From the NCBI GenBank assembly GCA_965279035.1, contig OZ257142.1, positions 992,001 to 1,056,000 on the forward strand: a stretch of DNA of 64,000 bases. Reading direction: 5' to 3'. The notes beneath the pieces were generated by a model. The model was not told the DNA's origin and searched no databases. It was given only the letters and a program-made list of their open reading frames with translations. This stretch comes from Bacteroidia bacterium. GTDB taxonomy: Bacteria; Bacteroidota; Bacteroidia; M30B66. Numbering within the stretch: position 1 is the first letter of the stretch; each line of letters begins with the position of its first letter. A program made the position numbers and the translations under genes. Shown here piece by piece: positions 1 to 9,418 of this stretch.

Positions 1-895
1 GATCAGCATGGCGAGTTAATTCGAATAACATAATTCTTCCTAGAAAATGGTTCGAATTCCAAGAATGGGAGGGAAGTACTTTTTCATAAATCCCTTGGTG
101 AATTTGATTTCGCGTTAAGCCATAATGTTCGATGTAATTAATTACTTCAAGTAAAATAATTCCGATACATGCTGTAGCAATAAATAGGAACATCGCTTTC
201 CATCCAAATGAAAATTGAATTGAAATTAGAAGAAGAATCTGAATCACTTGAAATAGTAGCATCCTGTTTTTAATATTCCAAAAGGAAATTCCATTTTTCT
301 TTAAAAGTGAACGCTGAATTTTCCAAGCAGATACATAGCCTCCAATGATTGATTTGGGGATAAATACATACACGTTTTCTCCCAATTTAGCTGTAGCTGG
401 ATCAAGCGGTGTTGCAACAAATCGATGGTGACCACGATTGTGCTCTATAAAAAAATGCATGTAGAGCGAACTCAATAATAGAAATTGAGCCATCCATTGT
501 TCGATCAGATTTTTCCGATGTCCTAATTCATGCGCAATATTAATTCCTATCACTCCTGAACAAATACCTACTGCTGAAGTCATCCCTAACAGTTGTAAAA
601 TTGAATATTCATTCTTGCTAATAAGTGTAAGATAATATATCAAAACACCCCATTGAAAAGGAATACTTAACCATAAGAAGTAATCAAAACGTGACTGCTT
701 TACTATATGTTCATATTTTTCTTCAGATAGGTTTTCTTGTGAATTGGGGAAATAAAATTCTAAAAATGGCAAAATACCAAAAGTGAAAATGAGCGTCGCA
801 AAAGCAAAATTTGAAGGAAATGTTAATGCAATAAACGTAAACACTACTATAACATATCCTGATAAATAATGAAAGTCCTTTATACTTCGAATCAT
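1..895 (-). CDS. alkB: Alkane 1-monooxygenase (membrane di-iron hydroxylase), 3' end runs off the window
   Basis: Absent from the ORF track; translated by hand from ATG at 895 (MIRSIKDFHYLSGY...). Has His boxes GINIAHELGHR, EHNRGHHRFVATP, NYIEHYG and ELTRHAD(H). Confidence 0.9.
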   Translation of the reverse strand, partial: MIRSIKDFHYLSGYVIVVFTFIALTFPSNFAFATLIFTFGILPFLEFYFPNSQENLSEEKYEHIVKQSRFDYFLWLSIPFQWGVLIYYLTLISKNEYSILQLLGMTSAVGICSGVIGINIAHELGHRKNLIEQWMAQFLLLSSLYMHFFIEHNRGHHRFVATPLDPATAKLGENVYVFIPKSIIGGYVSAWKIQRSLLKKNGISFWNIKNRMLLFQVIQILLLISIQFSFGWKAMFLFIATACIGIILLEVINYIEHYGLTRNQIHQGIYEKVLPSHSWNSNHFLGRIMLFELTRHAD

Positions 896-1000
896 TTCAT
901 AAAGTTAAAATCAAACTTGATAGTTTAAAAATAAAATAAAAACTCTATCCGCTTTGCCAATACGTTAATTTAGCCGAATTAGTAATATCAACCCTTTTTC

Positions 1001-3532
1001 ATGCGTCAAACCATTCATCGAATTTCTTTACTCACCCTGCTTGTGGTCAGTATTTCTCTTAGTGCATTCATTCTTTTTCAATCTACACCTGAAAAGCATT
1101 TAACTATTCCAAGCTCGGGAGGGACTCGTGTTTTATCCAAAGAGGAAGATGAATCAGAAGAACAACATAGAAGATTAGAGTGGATTGAAATAATTCACAA
1201 AGCTGCTCCTGGAACCGATTGGCGTGCTATTGATCGTAAAACGCGACTTAAGAAGTATGCTAACTATTTAAATCATGTTGGAGAAAAATCAGGTGGTCCC
1301 GTTTCCGTTGCTGGTGGAGCTTTGACTGGAGTTTGGAAAGAAAAAGGGAGTGGTAACTTAGCTGGAAGATCGCATACATGTGATTTTGATACAAGTACCA
1401 ATAAAATTTATTTAGGATCTGATGGCGGAAATATATGGAAGGGTTCAATTTCAGGAACTGGTTGGGAAGTGCTCAATGATCAATTGAAATTTGAAAGTAT
1501 TGAATTAGTAAGAGTGATTTCTCGCGGAACTACTCACCGTATTTTTGTTGGAACAGGCGATCGATTTCTTTATTTTTCGGATGATGATGGTCTAACATGG
1601 AACACTTCAACAGGCTTGCCTTTGATGACTGCCGGCTCAGAACATATCGAACGTGTTCAAGTTGTTGATGATTCACTTGCAACCGTTTTAGTATTATTAA
1701 AAGGTCATATTACTGGAAATCCATCCAAGGTGCAGGTGTATCGCTCGACCGATTTAGGTACTAGTTTTTCCCCATTTCTTGAAATTCCCAATACAGGTAA
1801 TGACGATTTAAGCCAATTTGATCTTTGGGCTCCAGAATATGGTTTCACAAATCCTTTTGTAGTACATAATGATTTATCATATCGAATTGACATCAGCGAC
1901 TCATTACTAAGTCCAATAGGTGTTTTGCCCGATTCTCCGAGCGGCTATACCATGTTAACGGGACATCTTGCTTCTAATGGAGCTGTTTATTTGTATGCTT
2001 ATGTAAATCAATTGATCTATCGTTCAGACAATAATGGAATCGACTGGTCACTAATGACGAATCTAGGAAAGGACCCATTTTTCAAAACGAGTTTTAATTG
2101 TTCTGTAAATACTCCAGATGTCTTATTTTTTGGAGATGTTGAATGCTACCGAAGTTTTAATGGTGGTTTTACTTGGACTAAAGTAAACGACTGGCCCGAC
2201 TATTATCAAAATACATTGTCAAAACTTCATGCCGATAATCCATCTGTAAACTGTTTACGTAGAGCCGATGGAACAGAATTTCAGTTAATCAATACCGATG
2301 GAGGAACTTTTATTTCGAATAATAATCTCCTTCAGGTTACCAATATTTCTCAGCAAGGGCTAAATATTGGACAGTATTATTCGAGTTTAACAGCACGTTA
2401 TGATACCAACATTGTTTTCTTAGGAGCTCAAGATCAAGGGTTTCAACGCACTGAAGTTGACAATGGTGGATTGTTGATGCCCGAACAAGTGGTAAGTGGG
2501 GATTATGGACATATCGTTACTGGAAATGATGGATTTAGCATTTTCATGGTTTATCCGGGTTTTGCGATTTTTTATCCGGACGCAACAACTACTTCAGATT
2601 TATCTTGGGATTTCGATGGAAACAATACGTTTTGGATTCCTCCATTGCTCGCTGATCCTGATTATGATGATATCGCTTATATGGCGAACGGGTCGAAAAT
2701 CACCAAACTTCAACCTAATGGAACTACGCTGACTGCCGAAAATTTAACACAAACATTTCAGGGCGGAATTTCAGCCATTGCAATTTCTCCATTAAATCAT
2801 GATTACTGGTATGTTTATACCGATAGTGGACGGTTTTATCGATCAACTGATGGTGGACAAACCTGGATTTCTGTTTTGATAGGAAATGCTCCAACTGGAA
2901 ATTATCTCTATGGTGCTTGCATCTATCCATCGAAATACCATTTGGAAGAAGTTTGGATTTGTGGCAGTGGTTATTCTAATCCACCCGTCTATTTTTCTTC
3001 GAACAACGGGGCTAACTTTACTGCGAAGAGTTCAGGATTACCTTCAACGCTAGTTTATAAAATGGATGGAACTCCAGGAGATGAATTTATTTTCGCTTCA
3101 ACCGAAGTGGGTGCATATGTTTTTGTAAAGTCGGAAAATGCGTGGTTTGATTTAGGGATTGGTGTAGCACCAGATCAAAATTATTGGTCGGTTGATTATA
3201 TTGAATCGATGAAAACCGCACGGTTTGTTACTTACGGAAGAGGTGCTTGGGATTTTAGAGTTCAAACACCATTAGTAACTCCAATAGTTCAATCCCCAAT
3301 TTTAAGAGTTTACCCCAATCCAGTTGACAATGTTTTATATTTTCAACCTTTAAAATTGAGCGGAGCAACTACTTATTTTATGTATTCAATGACGGGTCAA
3401 ATTGTGAAACAAGGAAAATTGAATTCAGGACAATCAGAAATACCAACGAGTGATTTGAATTCGGGGATGTATATACTTGTAATTGCTGATATGAATCGAA
3501 AGTTTAGTGAAAAGGTGATTGTTCATCATTGA
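1001..3532 (+). CDS. Secreted Asp-box (BNR/VPS10-like) beta-propeller protein with T9SS type A C-terminal domain
   Basis: Repeated SxDxGxTW-like boxes (SDDDGLTW, STDLGTSF, SFNGGFTW, STDGGQTW); C-terminus VYPNPV...GMYIL...KVIVHH; N-terminal hydrophobic segment. Confidence 0.8.
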   Translation: MRQTIHRISLLTLLVVSISLSAFILFQSTPEKHLTIPSSGGTRVLSKEEDESEEQHRRLEWIEIIHKAAPGTDWRAIDRKTRLKKYANYLNHVGEKSGGPVSVAGGALTGVWKEKGSGNLAGRSHTCDFDTSTNKIYLGSDGGNIWKGSISGTGWEVLNDQLKFESIELVRVISRGTTHRIFVGTGDRFLYFSDDDGLTWNTSTGLPLMTAGSEHIERVQVVDDSLATVLVLLKGHITGNPSKVQVYRSTDLGTSFSPFLEIPNTGNDDLSQFDLWAPEYGFTNPFVVHNDLSYRIDISDSLLSPIGVLPDSPSGYTMLTGHLASNGAVYLYAYVNQLIYRSDNNGIDWSLMTNLGKDPFFKTSFNCSVNTPDVLFFGDVECYRSFNGGFTWTKVNDWPDYYQNTLSKLHADNPSVNCLRRADGTEFQLINTDGGTFISNNNLLQVTNISQQGLNIGQYYSSLTARYDTNIVFLGAQDQGFQRTEVDNGGLLMPEQVVSGDYGHIVTGNDGFSIFMVYPGFAIFYPDATTTSDLSWDFDGNNTFWIPPLLADPDYDDIAYMANGSKITKLQPNGTTLTAENLTQTFQGGISAIAISPLNHDYWYVYTDSGRFYRSTDGGQTWISVLIGNAPTGNYLYGACIYPSKYHLEEVWICGSGYSNPPVYFSSNNGANFTAKSSGLPSTLVYKMDGTPGDEFIFASTEVGAYVFVKSENAWFDLGIGVAPDQNYWSVDYIESMKTARFVTYGRGAWDFRVQTPLVTPIVQSPILRVYPNPVDNVLYFQPLKLSGATTYFMYSMTGQIVKQGKLNSGQSEIPTSDLNSGMYILVIADMNRKFSEKVIVHH

Positions 3533-3757
3533 TTATTCATCGGTGCAGGTATAAGATCCACCAATTAATTTCGATAAATCTCGAGCATTTGTTTTCGCTT
3601 TGTCCACCTCAGTGCTATTTCCACACGTTTTTGTGGATTCTTGAATGATGTTTTGATTAGAATCTTTCACTTCGCAGGAAGTACATTTTTTACACGACTC
3701 AGCAAGGAAAACAAAGAATAAGAAAAAGAAAGCAAACTTAATTGTTCTTTGGTTCAT
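3533..3757 (-). CDS. Small Cys-rich lipoprotein (CKKCxxC type)
   Basis: Signal peptide II ending LAES-C, then KK and four more Cys. Confidence 0.75.
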   Translation of the reverse strand: MNQRTIKFAFFFLFFVFLAESCKKCTSCEVKDSNQNIIQESTKTCGNSTEVDKAKTNARDLSKLIGGSYTCTDE

Positions 3758-3769
3758 ATTGATTTTGAA

Positions 3770-4006
3770 TTAATCACGAGTGCATTTGAGTTCAAGAGAA
3801 TCGGGGAGATATACACGATAACTTAATTCTTGTGCATCGAGCGTCCCCTTTTTTCCACATAACTCTGGATAGGTTTCAAAAGTGGCTCCAGTGCTTTTGA
3901 TTGTTGACTTACACGTCATACATTTCTTACAGGAAGTGAAATGAGTAATGCAAATGAAAGCAAGTGATATAAAGCAAAGAGGTGCAAAACCTTTTGTATT
4001 TTTCAT
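3770..4006 (-). CDS. Small Cys-rich lipoprotein (CKKCxxC type)
   Basis: FTS-CKKCMTC...ELC...LKC; same Cys pattern as the neighbouring gene. Confidence 0.75.
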   Translation of the reverse strand: MKNTKGFAPLCFISLAFICITHFTSCKKCMTCKSTIKSTGATFETYPELCGKKGTLDAQELSYRVYLPDSLELKCTRD

Positions 4007-4034
4007 TTTGAAATTCTAATTTGAATAGTGATTC

Positions 4035-4064
4035 CAAACCTAAATAAAATTGTACTTAGATTTG
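4035..4064. promoter_or_regulatory. Back-to-back Bacteroidota -7 promoter elements for the divergent small lipoprotein genes
   Basis: TAGGTTTG on - strand (4035-4042) and TAGATTTG on + strand (4057-4064) match TAnnTTTG. Confidence 0.55.
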
Positions 4065-4090
4065 GGTACATATAATATTCTTCAAACATC

Positions 4091-4279
4091 ATGAAACGGC
4101 TTATTATTTTCCTCTTTCTTCTCGTCTTCTTTCAATCTTGTAAAAAAGATTATACCTGTACTTGCTCTTATATGGGTATAAAAACATCGACCGAATATTC
4201 TGGAATCAATAAGAATGATGCAAAAGCGTACAAGGAAAATTGTGAAATTGGAGTTGATTGTGTTTGGGCTGAAAAATAA
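4091..4279 (+). CDS. Small Cys-rich lipoprotein (CKKDYxCxC type)
   Basis: FQS-CKKDYTCTC...ENC...VDC. Confidence 0.75.
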   Translation: MKRLIIFLFLLVFFQSCKKDYTCTCSYMGIKTSTEYSGINKNDAKAYKENCEIGVDCVWAEK

Positions 4280-4402
4280 ATTCTTAAAAAATCTACTTTT
4301 CTAAATTCAACTACAATCGTGTTTTTATGTAGTTAACAAGATTCCATTTTCGTCCTTTTGGATTTAAAGTTTGAAAATGAACATAGAATAGTTAAGAAAA
4401 AA

Positions 4403-4433
4403 TTTGGATTTTAGACTAGTCCGATTACTTTTG
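4403..4433 (+). promoter_or_regulatory. Primary-sigma promoter (-33/-7)
   Basis: TTTG-N19-TACTTTTG, a full match to the Bacteroidota consensus. Confidence 0.7.
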
Positions 4434-4466
4434 CACGAGTATAAAACCAAAACCAAAACCCTCAAT

Positions 4467-4664
4467 ATGAAAAAAGTACTTGTTGCTGTTGCAGTTATTG
4501 CGTTCTTCGCTTCTTGCAAAAAAGATTACTCATGTGATTGCACAATCTTAGGCCAAACTACAAAAACTGCAATTAACGATTCTAAGAAAAGTGATGCAAC
4601 GGATGCTTGCGATGCGTTGAATACTTCTGCAGCTATCCTTGGTGGTTCTTGCACTTTGAACTAA
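4467..4664 (+). CDS. Small Cys-rich lipoprotein (CKKDYxCxC type); start moved to ATG 4467
   Basis: MKKVLVAVAVIAFFAS-CKKDYSCDC...DAC...GSC; promoter upstream and terminator downstream. Confidence 0.8.
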   Translation: MKKVLVAVAVIAFFASCKKDYSCDCTILGQTTKTAINDSKKSDATDACDALNTSAAILGGSCTLN

Positions 4665-4683
4665 GAATTTCTTAAAAGCAATT

Positions 4684-4714
4684 AAAAAGCTGGTTCATAA
4701 GACCGGCTTTTTTT
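4684..4714 (+). terminator. Intrinsic terminator
   Basis: AGCTGGT-loop-ACCGGCT stem followed by T-run. Confidence 0.7.
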
Positions 4715-4718
4715 ATTT

Positions 4719-5639
4719 ATGATGAACTTACTTTTTCGTTTCCTTTCAGGAATATTACTTATTTCTATTGGCTGGTTTGCCTGTAAAGAAGCCGATTTTC
4801 TAGAATACGTTTTAGTTGATGCTGGTTGGTCGGGTTGGTGGTTTAGTGCCTATTTGAGTCGATTTATTACTGGTTCTTGTTTCACTTTAGGAAGTTTATT
4901 GGTTTTGCTTCCAAAGAAAAGTACTCCTGTCATTTATTCTTCTCTGTTTTTGGTTTTCGGAATGCTTGTTTTAGCTATTCTTCAACCATTTTTTCTTGGA
5001 TTAAATCGCTGTTATGTTTGCCTTTCCGAATTTGAAAAGATTAGTCGTTATCAAGGAATATTTATTTGGGCTGGAATTGGAGCTTTGTTGTTAGGTGCTT
5101 TTTATACGAGAAAGAAATCAAAATCAATTCTTCCAAATTGGGTTGCAATTCCTATTACTCTAATAGGTTTATCAATTCCATATATACTAAATTATCCTGC
5201 TCAGTGGGCAGTTTATGGAGAAATTGGAGAAGCTACCATTGAAGGTAATAAGGATATTTTTATTAGTAAGTTGGATACAGCCCATTTTGAAGTTGGAAAT
5301 GTTCCTTATTCAAAGAATATTTGGCAAAAGAAGCATATTCTGATTATGGCAAGTCTGTCTTGCCCCTTTTGCAACAGAGCTGCTTATAAGATGCATGTAC
5401 TTCGAAATAAGAATCCAGACTTTCCTGTGCTTTTTTTATTGAATGGAGATGTTGATGGATTAAAGTACTTTATCAAAAGAAATGTTTTTGATAATGTGCC
5501 CTACATCATGTTGAATGGTAAATTGTTTAATGAAATGTGCGATGGTCGGGTTCCTCGAATCTATCAAATAGAAAATGGAGTAGCTACGAAAGAGTTTACT
5601 TATTGGGCCTTACTTCCTTCCTCTTTATCGAATAATTGA
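4719..5639 (+). CDS. Membrane protein with DoxX/MauE-like N-terminal helices and C-terminal thioredoxin-like domain
   Basis: About five TM segments with a CYVC loop; soluble domain with SCPFC and a downstream VP (cis-Pro-like) motif. Confidence 0.6.
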   Translation: MMNLLFRFLSGILLISIGWFACKEADFLEYVLVDAGWSGWWFSAYLSRFITGSCFTLGSLLVLLPKKSTPVIYSSLFLVFGMLVLAILQPFFLGLNRCYVCLSEFEKISRYQGIFIWAGIGALLLGAFYTRKKSKSILPNWVAIPITLIGLSIPYILNYPAQWAVYGEIGEATIEGNKDIFISKLDTAHFEVGNVPYSKNIWQKKHILIMASLSCPFCNRAAYKMHVLRNKNPDFPVLFLLNGDVDGLKYFIKRNVFDNVPYIMLNGKLFNEMCDGRVPRIYQIENGVATKEFTYWALLPSSLSNN

Positions 5640-5702
5640 TTCTGCTTTCTTGGTAGATTTCTTTGGGTATATTTGAAAATTGTCCAGATTAAATCTATCG
5701 CT

Positions 5703-7454
5703 GTGAAACGTATCATTGATATTCTGCCGCATTCCAAAGCAAATTATAATCGACCGGATGTACTAGTTAGTAAAGTTGATGGTATTTGGAAATCAATTTC
5801 TATTGATGAATTCATTGAAGTTTCTGATGCGATCAGCTATGGGTTAATTCATGCAGGAATTGGTCCCAATGATAAAGTGGCTATCATTTCATCGAATTGT
5901 CCAGAATGGAACTTTGTTGATTTCGCTATAGCTCAAATTGGAGCAGTAAGTGTTCCTATTTATCCAACAATGAGCGTTGGTGATACTGAATTCATTTTGA
6001 AGGATGCTGATGTAAAGATTGTATTTGTAAATGATCTTGAACTGTCTTTAAAAGTTGAATCAATCCGACCGAATTTACCTGAGCTCAAAGCAATATATGC
6101 GTTTAAAAAACAGGATGGTACAGTTCATTATTCTGAAATAGTAGAAACCGGAAAGAAAAACCCTGTAAAAGAAAAATTAGATTTCTTAAAGTCGGAAGTT
6201 AAACCCGATCAAATCCTAACGTTAATATACACATCTGGTACAACAGGCACACCGAAAGGAGTTATGTTATCTCACAATAATTTAATTTCTAACGTCATTG
6301 CTTCTGGTGAAGTTTGTCCAGTTACTCGTGAACATAAAGTGCTTAGCTTCTTGCCGCTTTCACACATTTTCGAGCGAATGCTTGTTTACTTGTATTTGTA
6401 TGTGGGTGCAGGAGTATATTATGCCGAAAGTCTTGACACAATTGGTGATAACCTAAAAGAAGTGCAACCATTTGCTTTTTCTACTGTGCCTCGTTTATTA
6501 GAAAAAGTGTACGATAAAATCGTGGCAAAAGGACATGAACTTACTGGAATTAAACGGAGTTTGTTTTTTTGGGCACTCGATCTTGGGCATCGCTACGAAT
6601 TGGATGGAGTAAATGGTTGGTGGTATAAATTTCAGCTCAGCATTGCCAATAAGCTCATCTTTAATAAATGGCGAGAAGCTCTTGGTAATCATGTGGGTGT
6701 TATTGTTTCCGGTTCTGCTGCATTACAACCTCGTTTAGCTAGAGTTTTTACCGCAGCTCAAATTAATGTTCTTGAAGGATATGGCTTAACCGAAACTTCT
6801 CCAGTGATTACCGTGAATCGCTTGGATAAAGGAATGAGAGCATTTGGTTCAGTTGGTCCTGCTATTCGTGACGTTGAAGTTAAGATTGCCGCTGATGGAG
6901 AAATTCTATGCAAAGGACCTAATGTGATGCTGGGATATTATAAAAGACAAGATTTAACCGATGAAGTATTAAAAGACCAGTGGTTTTATACGGGTGATAT
7001 TGGAGAAATTAAAAACGGACTTTTGCGTATCACCGATCGTAAAAAAGAAATTTTCAAAACTTCTGGTGGGAAATATATTGCTCCTCAAATGATGGAGAAT
7101 AAATTCAAAGAATCAATTTATATAGAACAAATCATGGTTGTGGGTGAAGGTCGAAAACATCCTTCTGCACTCATTGTTCCCAATTTTGTTCTGCTTCGTG
7201 ATTGGGCTAAAAATCATGGTTTACCCGAAATGACAAATGCTCAACTTTGTTTGGAAACACAAGTGATCGCACTTATTCAAAAGGAAGTTGATACCTACAA
7301 TGCCAATTTTGGGCATTATGAAATGATTAAAAAATTCGCATTAATTCCTGCAGAGTGGTCAACTAATACAGGAGAGCTAACTCCAAAACTCTCTTTAAAA
7401 CGTAGGGTATTGTTGGATCAATATGCTTCAGTTATTGATGCATTTTATGCCTGA
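5703..7454 (+). CDS. fadD: Long-chain fatty acid-CoA ligase (start probably GTG 5703)
   Basis: YTSGTTGTPKG, GYGLTETSP, TGDIG, DRKKEIFKTSGGKYIAP; the TTG at 5673 lies inside a TATATTTG promoter element. Confidence 0.88.
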   Translation: MKRIIDILPHSKANYNRPDVLVSKVDGIWKSISIDEFIEVSDAISYGLIHAGIGPNDKVAIISSNCPEWNFVDFAIAQIGAVSVPIYPTMSVGDTEFILKDADVKIVFVNDLELSLKVESIRPNLPELKAIYAFKKQDGTVHYSEIVETGKKNPVKEKLDFLKSEVKPDQILTLIYTSGTTGTPKGVMLSHNNLISNVIASGEVCPVTREHKVLSFLPLSHIFERMLVYLYLYVGAGVYYAESLDTIGDNLKEVQPFAFSTVPRLLEKVYDKIVAKGHELTGIKRSLFFWALDLGHRYELDGVNGWWYKFQLSIANKLIFNKWREALGNHVGVIVSGSAALQPRLARVFTAAQINVLEGYGLTETSPVITVNRLDKGMRAFGSVGPAIRDVEVKIAADGEILCKGPNVMLGYYKRQDLTDEVLKDQWFYTGDIGEIKNGLLRITDRKKEIFKTSGGKYIAPQMMENKFKESIYIEQIMVVGEGRKHPSALIVPNFVLLRDWAKNHGLPEMTNAQLCLETQVIALIQKEVDTYNANFGHYEMIKKFALIPAEWSTNTGELTPKLSLKRRVLLDQYASVIDAFYA

Positions 7455-9418
7455 TTCTTATCAACAATTCGTTTCAAGTGAATTTCACGAATGGGTGAAA
7501 TGATAAGCGGAACTTTTTCCACATGCACGGAAGAAGTATCCAATCCAAAAGCATTTTCTTCTGAAAGGCTGATGCTCTTGAGCATAAAGTAGATATCTAG
7601 AATGATCTTCTCATAGAATGGAAGATCGTTCTCATTAGACAGGAATTTCTCAAGAACTATAAAACGAAAGTCTCCAATTACTTGGTTCCTATTGAGCGAT
7701 TCATAGCGAGAAACAATATCGACTTCTTTACTTTTCACTAAGTCTTGAACAACTTTTCTAAACATCAAATTGATACGAGGAGCTACACGGAAACCCAAAT
7801 AGAAATCAACCCGAATAACAGAGTCATTGATAATTTCATTTACACGGTATTCCATACGGTAAGGCTCATCAACCACATCTACATGGAGAAACCAATAAAT
7901 ATCAGCTCTCTTGGGTTGTTTCTGTAAAATCGAATAGATAATCTTAGATTCTACTTGGTTTTCATAATTAGCACTCGTAAGGAAAACTAAATGTGTTGCA
8001 TACTTAGGTACACTTAAGTCTTGTTTCAACTCACATAATAAATCGAGGTAATCGTTTAATCCTACAAATTCAACGTAGCTATTCCTGATTTTACGTGCAT
8101 CATACCATGCCCACATTATTAAAGCAATGAGTGTCGCAATGAATAATGAAATCCAACCACCTTCGGGAATTTTTTCCAAGTTTGAAACGAGAAAAGCTAG
8201 CTCAACACACAGATATACAGCTATAAAAGCATTAATTGTTAGTTTGCTATACCTCTTCATTCCCATATAATAAACGAGCAAGGTGGAAGTCATCAACATT
8301 CCAATGATGATTGTCATTCCGTATGCCGCCTCCATTTTACTGGATTCTTTAAAGTAAATAACGATCCCAGCACATCCTATAAATAATAGCCAATTTATGG
8401 ATGGGATATAGAGTTGCCCTTTGAGATCGGTTGGATAATTAATGCGGACTTTCGGCCATAAATTGAGTCGAATAGCTTCATTGATTAAAGTAAACGAACC
8501 GGATATCAAAGCCTGACTCGCAACTATGGTAGCTATTGTTGAAACAACAAAACCAGTAATGAAAAACCATTCAGGCATAATTTCATAAAATGGATTTTGC
8601 TTTTCCAGTAATTGACCTTCTCCTTTTAATAACCAGGCCGCTTGCCCTAGGTAATTCAGTAATAAGGCTGTTTTTACAAAAATCCAAGAAACCCGAATGT
8701 TTTGTTTTCCGCAATGTCCTAGATCGGAATATAATGCTTCAGCTCCAGTTGTGCATAAAAAAACAGCTCCTAAAATCCAGAATCCACCGGGATAAACGGC
8801 AAGTAGTTTAAATGCGAAGTAAGGATTAAGTGCTTCCAGTACTTGAATGTTTTCTATAATTTGAAATAAACCAAGAATTGAAAGCATCAAAAACCAACAG
8901 AGCATCACTGGTCCGAAAAGTTTACCAATCGATTTTGTCCCAAACTGTTGAACGGCGAATAAGACGAATAAAATTCCGATGATAATTGGAAGCGTATTGA
9001 TGAATGGATATTTCTCTTTCAAACCTTCAATAGCAGAAGAAACCGAAATAGCGGGAGTTATGATTCCATCACCCAATAAGGCCGCACCTCCAATGATAGC
9101 AGGAAAAAGCAACCATTTCACTTTGGTTCTTCTTACAAGAGCATATAAAGCGAAAATTCCACCTTCACCTTTGTTGTCAGCTCTTAAGGTTAATATGATG
9201 TATTTAATAGTAGTTTGAAGTGTCAATGTCCAAAAAATACAAGAAACACCGCCCAATACTAGATCTCGACTGATGATTCTTGGTCCGACTATCGCCTTCA
9301 TTACATAAAGGGGTGAAGTACCAATGTCACCATAAATAATTCCGAGAGTAATAACCAATCCCGCCAGACTGATTTTATTAAAATTTGAAGTGTGATGCGT
9401 AGAGGAATGTTCGCCCAT
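7445..9418 (-). CDS. kup: KUP/HAK/KT potassium transporter
   Basis: GIIYGDIGTSPLY, DNKGEGGIFALY, TGAEALYSDLGH. Confidence 0.95.
   Translation of the reverse strand: MGEHSSTHHTSNFNKISLAGLVITLGIIYGDIGTSPLYVMKAIVGPRIISRDLVLGGVSCIFWTLTLQTTIKYIILTLRADNKGEGGIFALYALVRRTKVKWLLFPAIIGGAALLGDGIITPAISVSSAIEGLKEKYPFINTLPIIIGILFVLFAVQQFGTKSIGKLFGPVMLCWFLMLSILGLFQIIENIQVLEALNPYFAFKLLAVYPGGFWILGAVFLCTTGAEALYSDLGHCGKQNIRVSWIFVKTALLLNYLGQAAWLLKGEGQLLEKQNPFYEIMPEWFFITGFVVSTIATIVASQALISGSFTLINEAIRLNLWPKVRINYPTDLKGQLYIPSINWLLFIGCAGIVIYFKESSKMEAAYGMTIIIGMLMTSTLLVYYMGMKRYSKLTINAFIAVYLCVELAFLVSNLEKIPEGGWISLFIATLIALIMWAWYDARKIRNSYVEFVGLNDYLDLLCELKQDLSVPKYATHLVFLTSANYENQVESKIIYSILQKQPKRADIYWFLHVDVVDEPYRMEYRVNEIINDSVIRVDFYLGFRVAPRINLMFRKVVQDLVKSKEVDIVSRYESLNRNQVIGDFRFIVLEKFLSNENDLPFYEKIILDIYFMLKSISLSEENAFGLDTSSVHVEKVPLIISPIREIHLKRIVDKNQA

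Noticed and set aside
4443-4460. (AAAACC)x3 as a phase-variable repeat
   Set aside because: Only three units in an A-rich 5' leader, which is normal for Bacteroidota
7445-7454. Convergent 3' overlaps (fadD/kup; also 14305-14311, 29465-29493, 43513-43529)
   Set aside because: Short tail overlaps are common in compact genomes; no evidence of function
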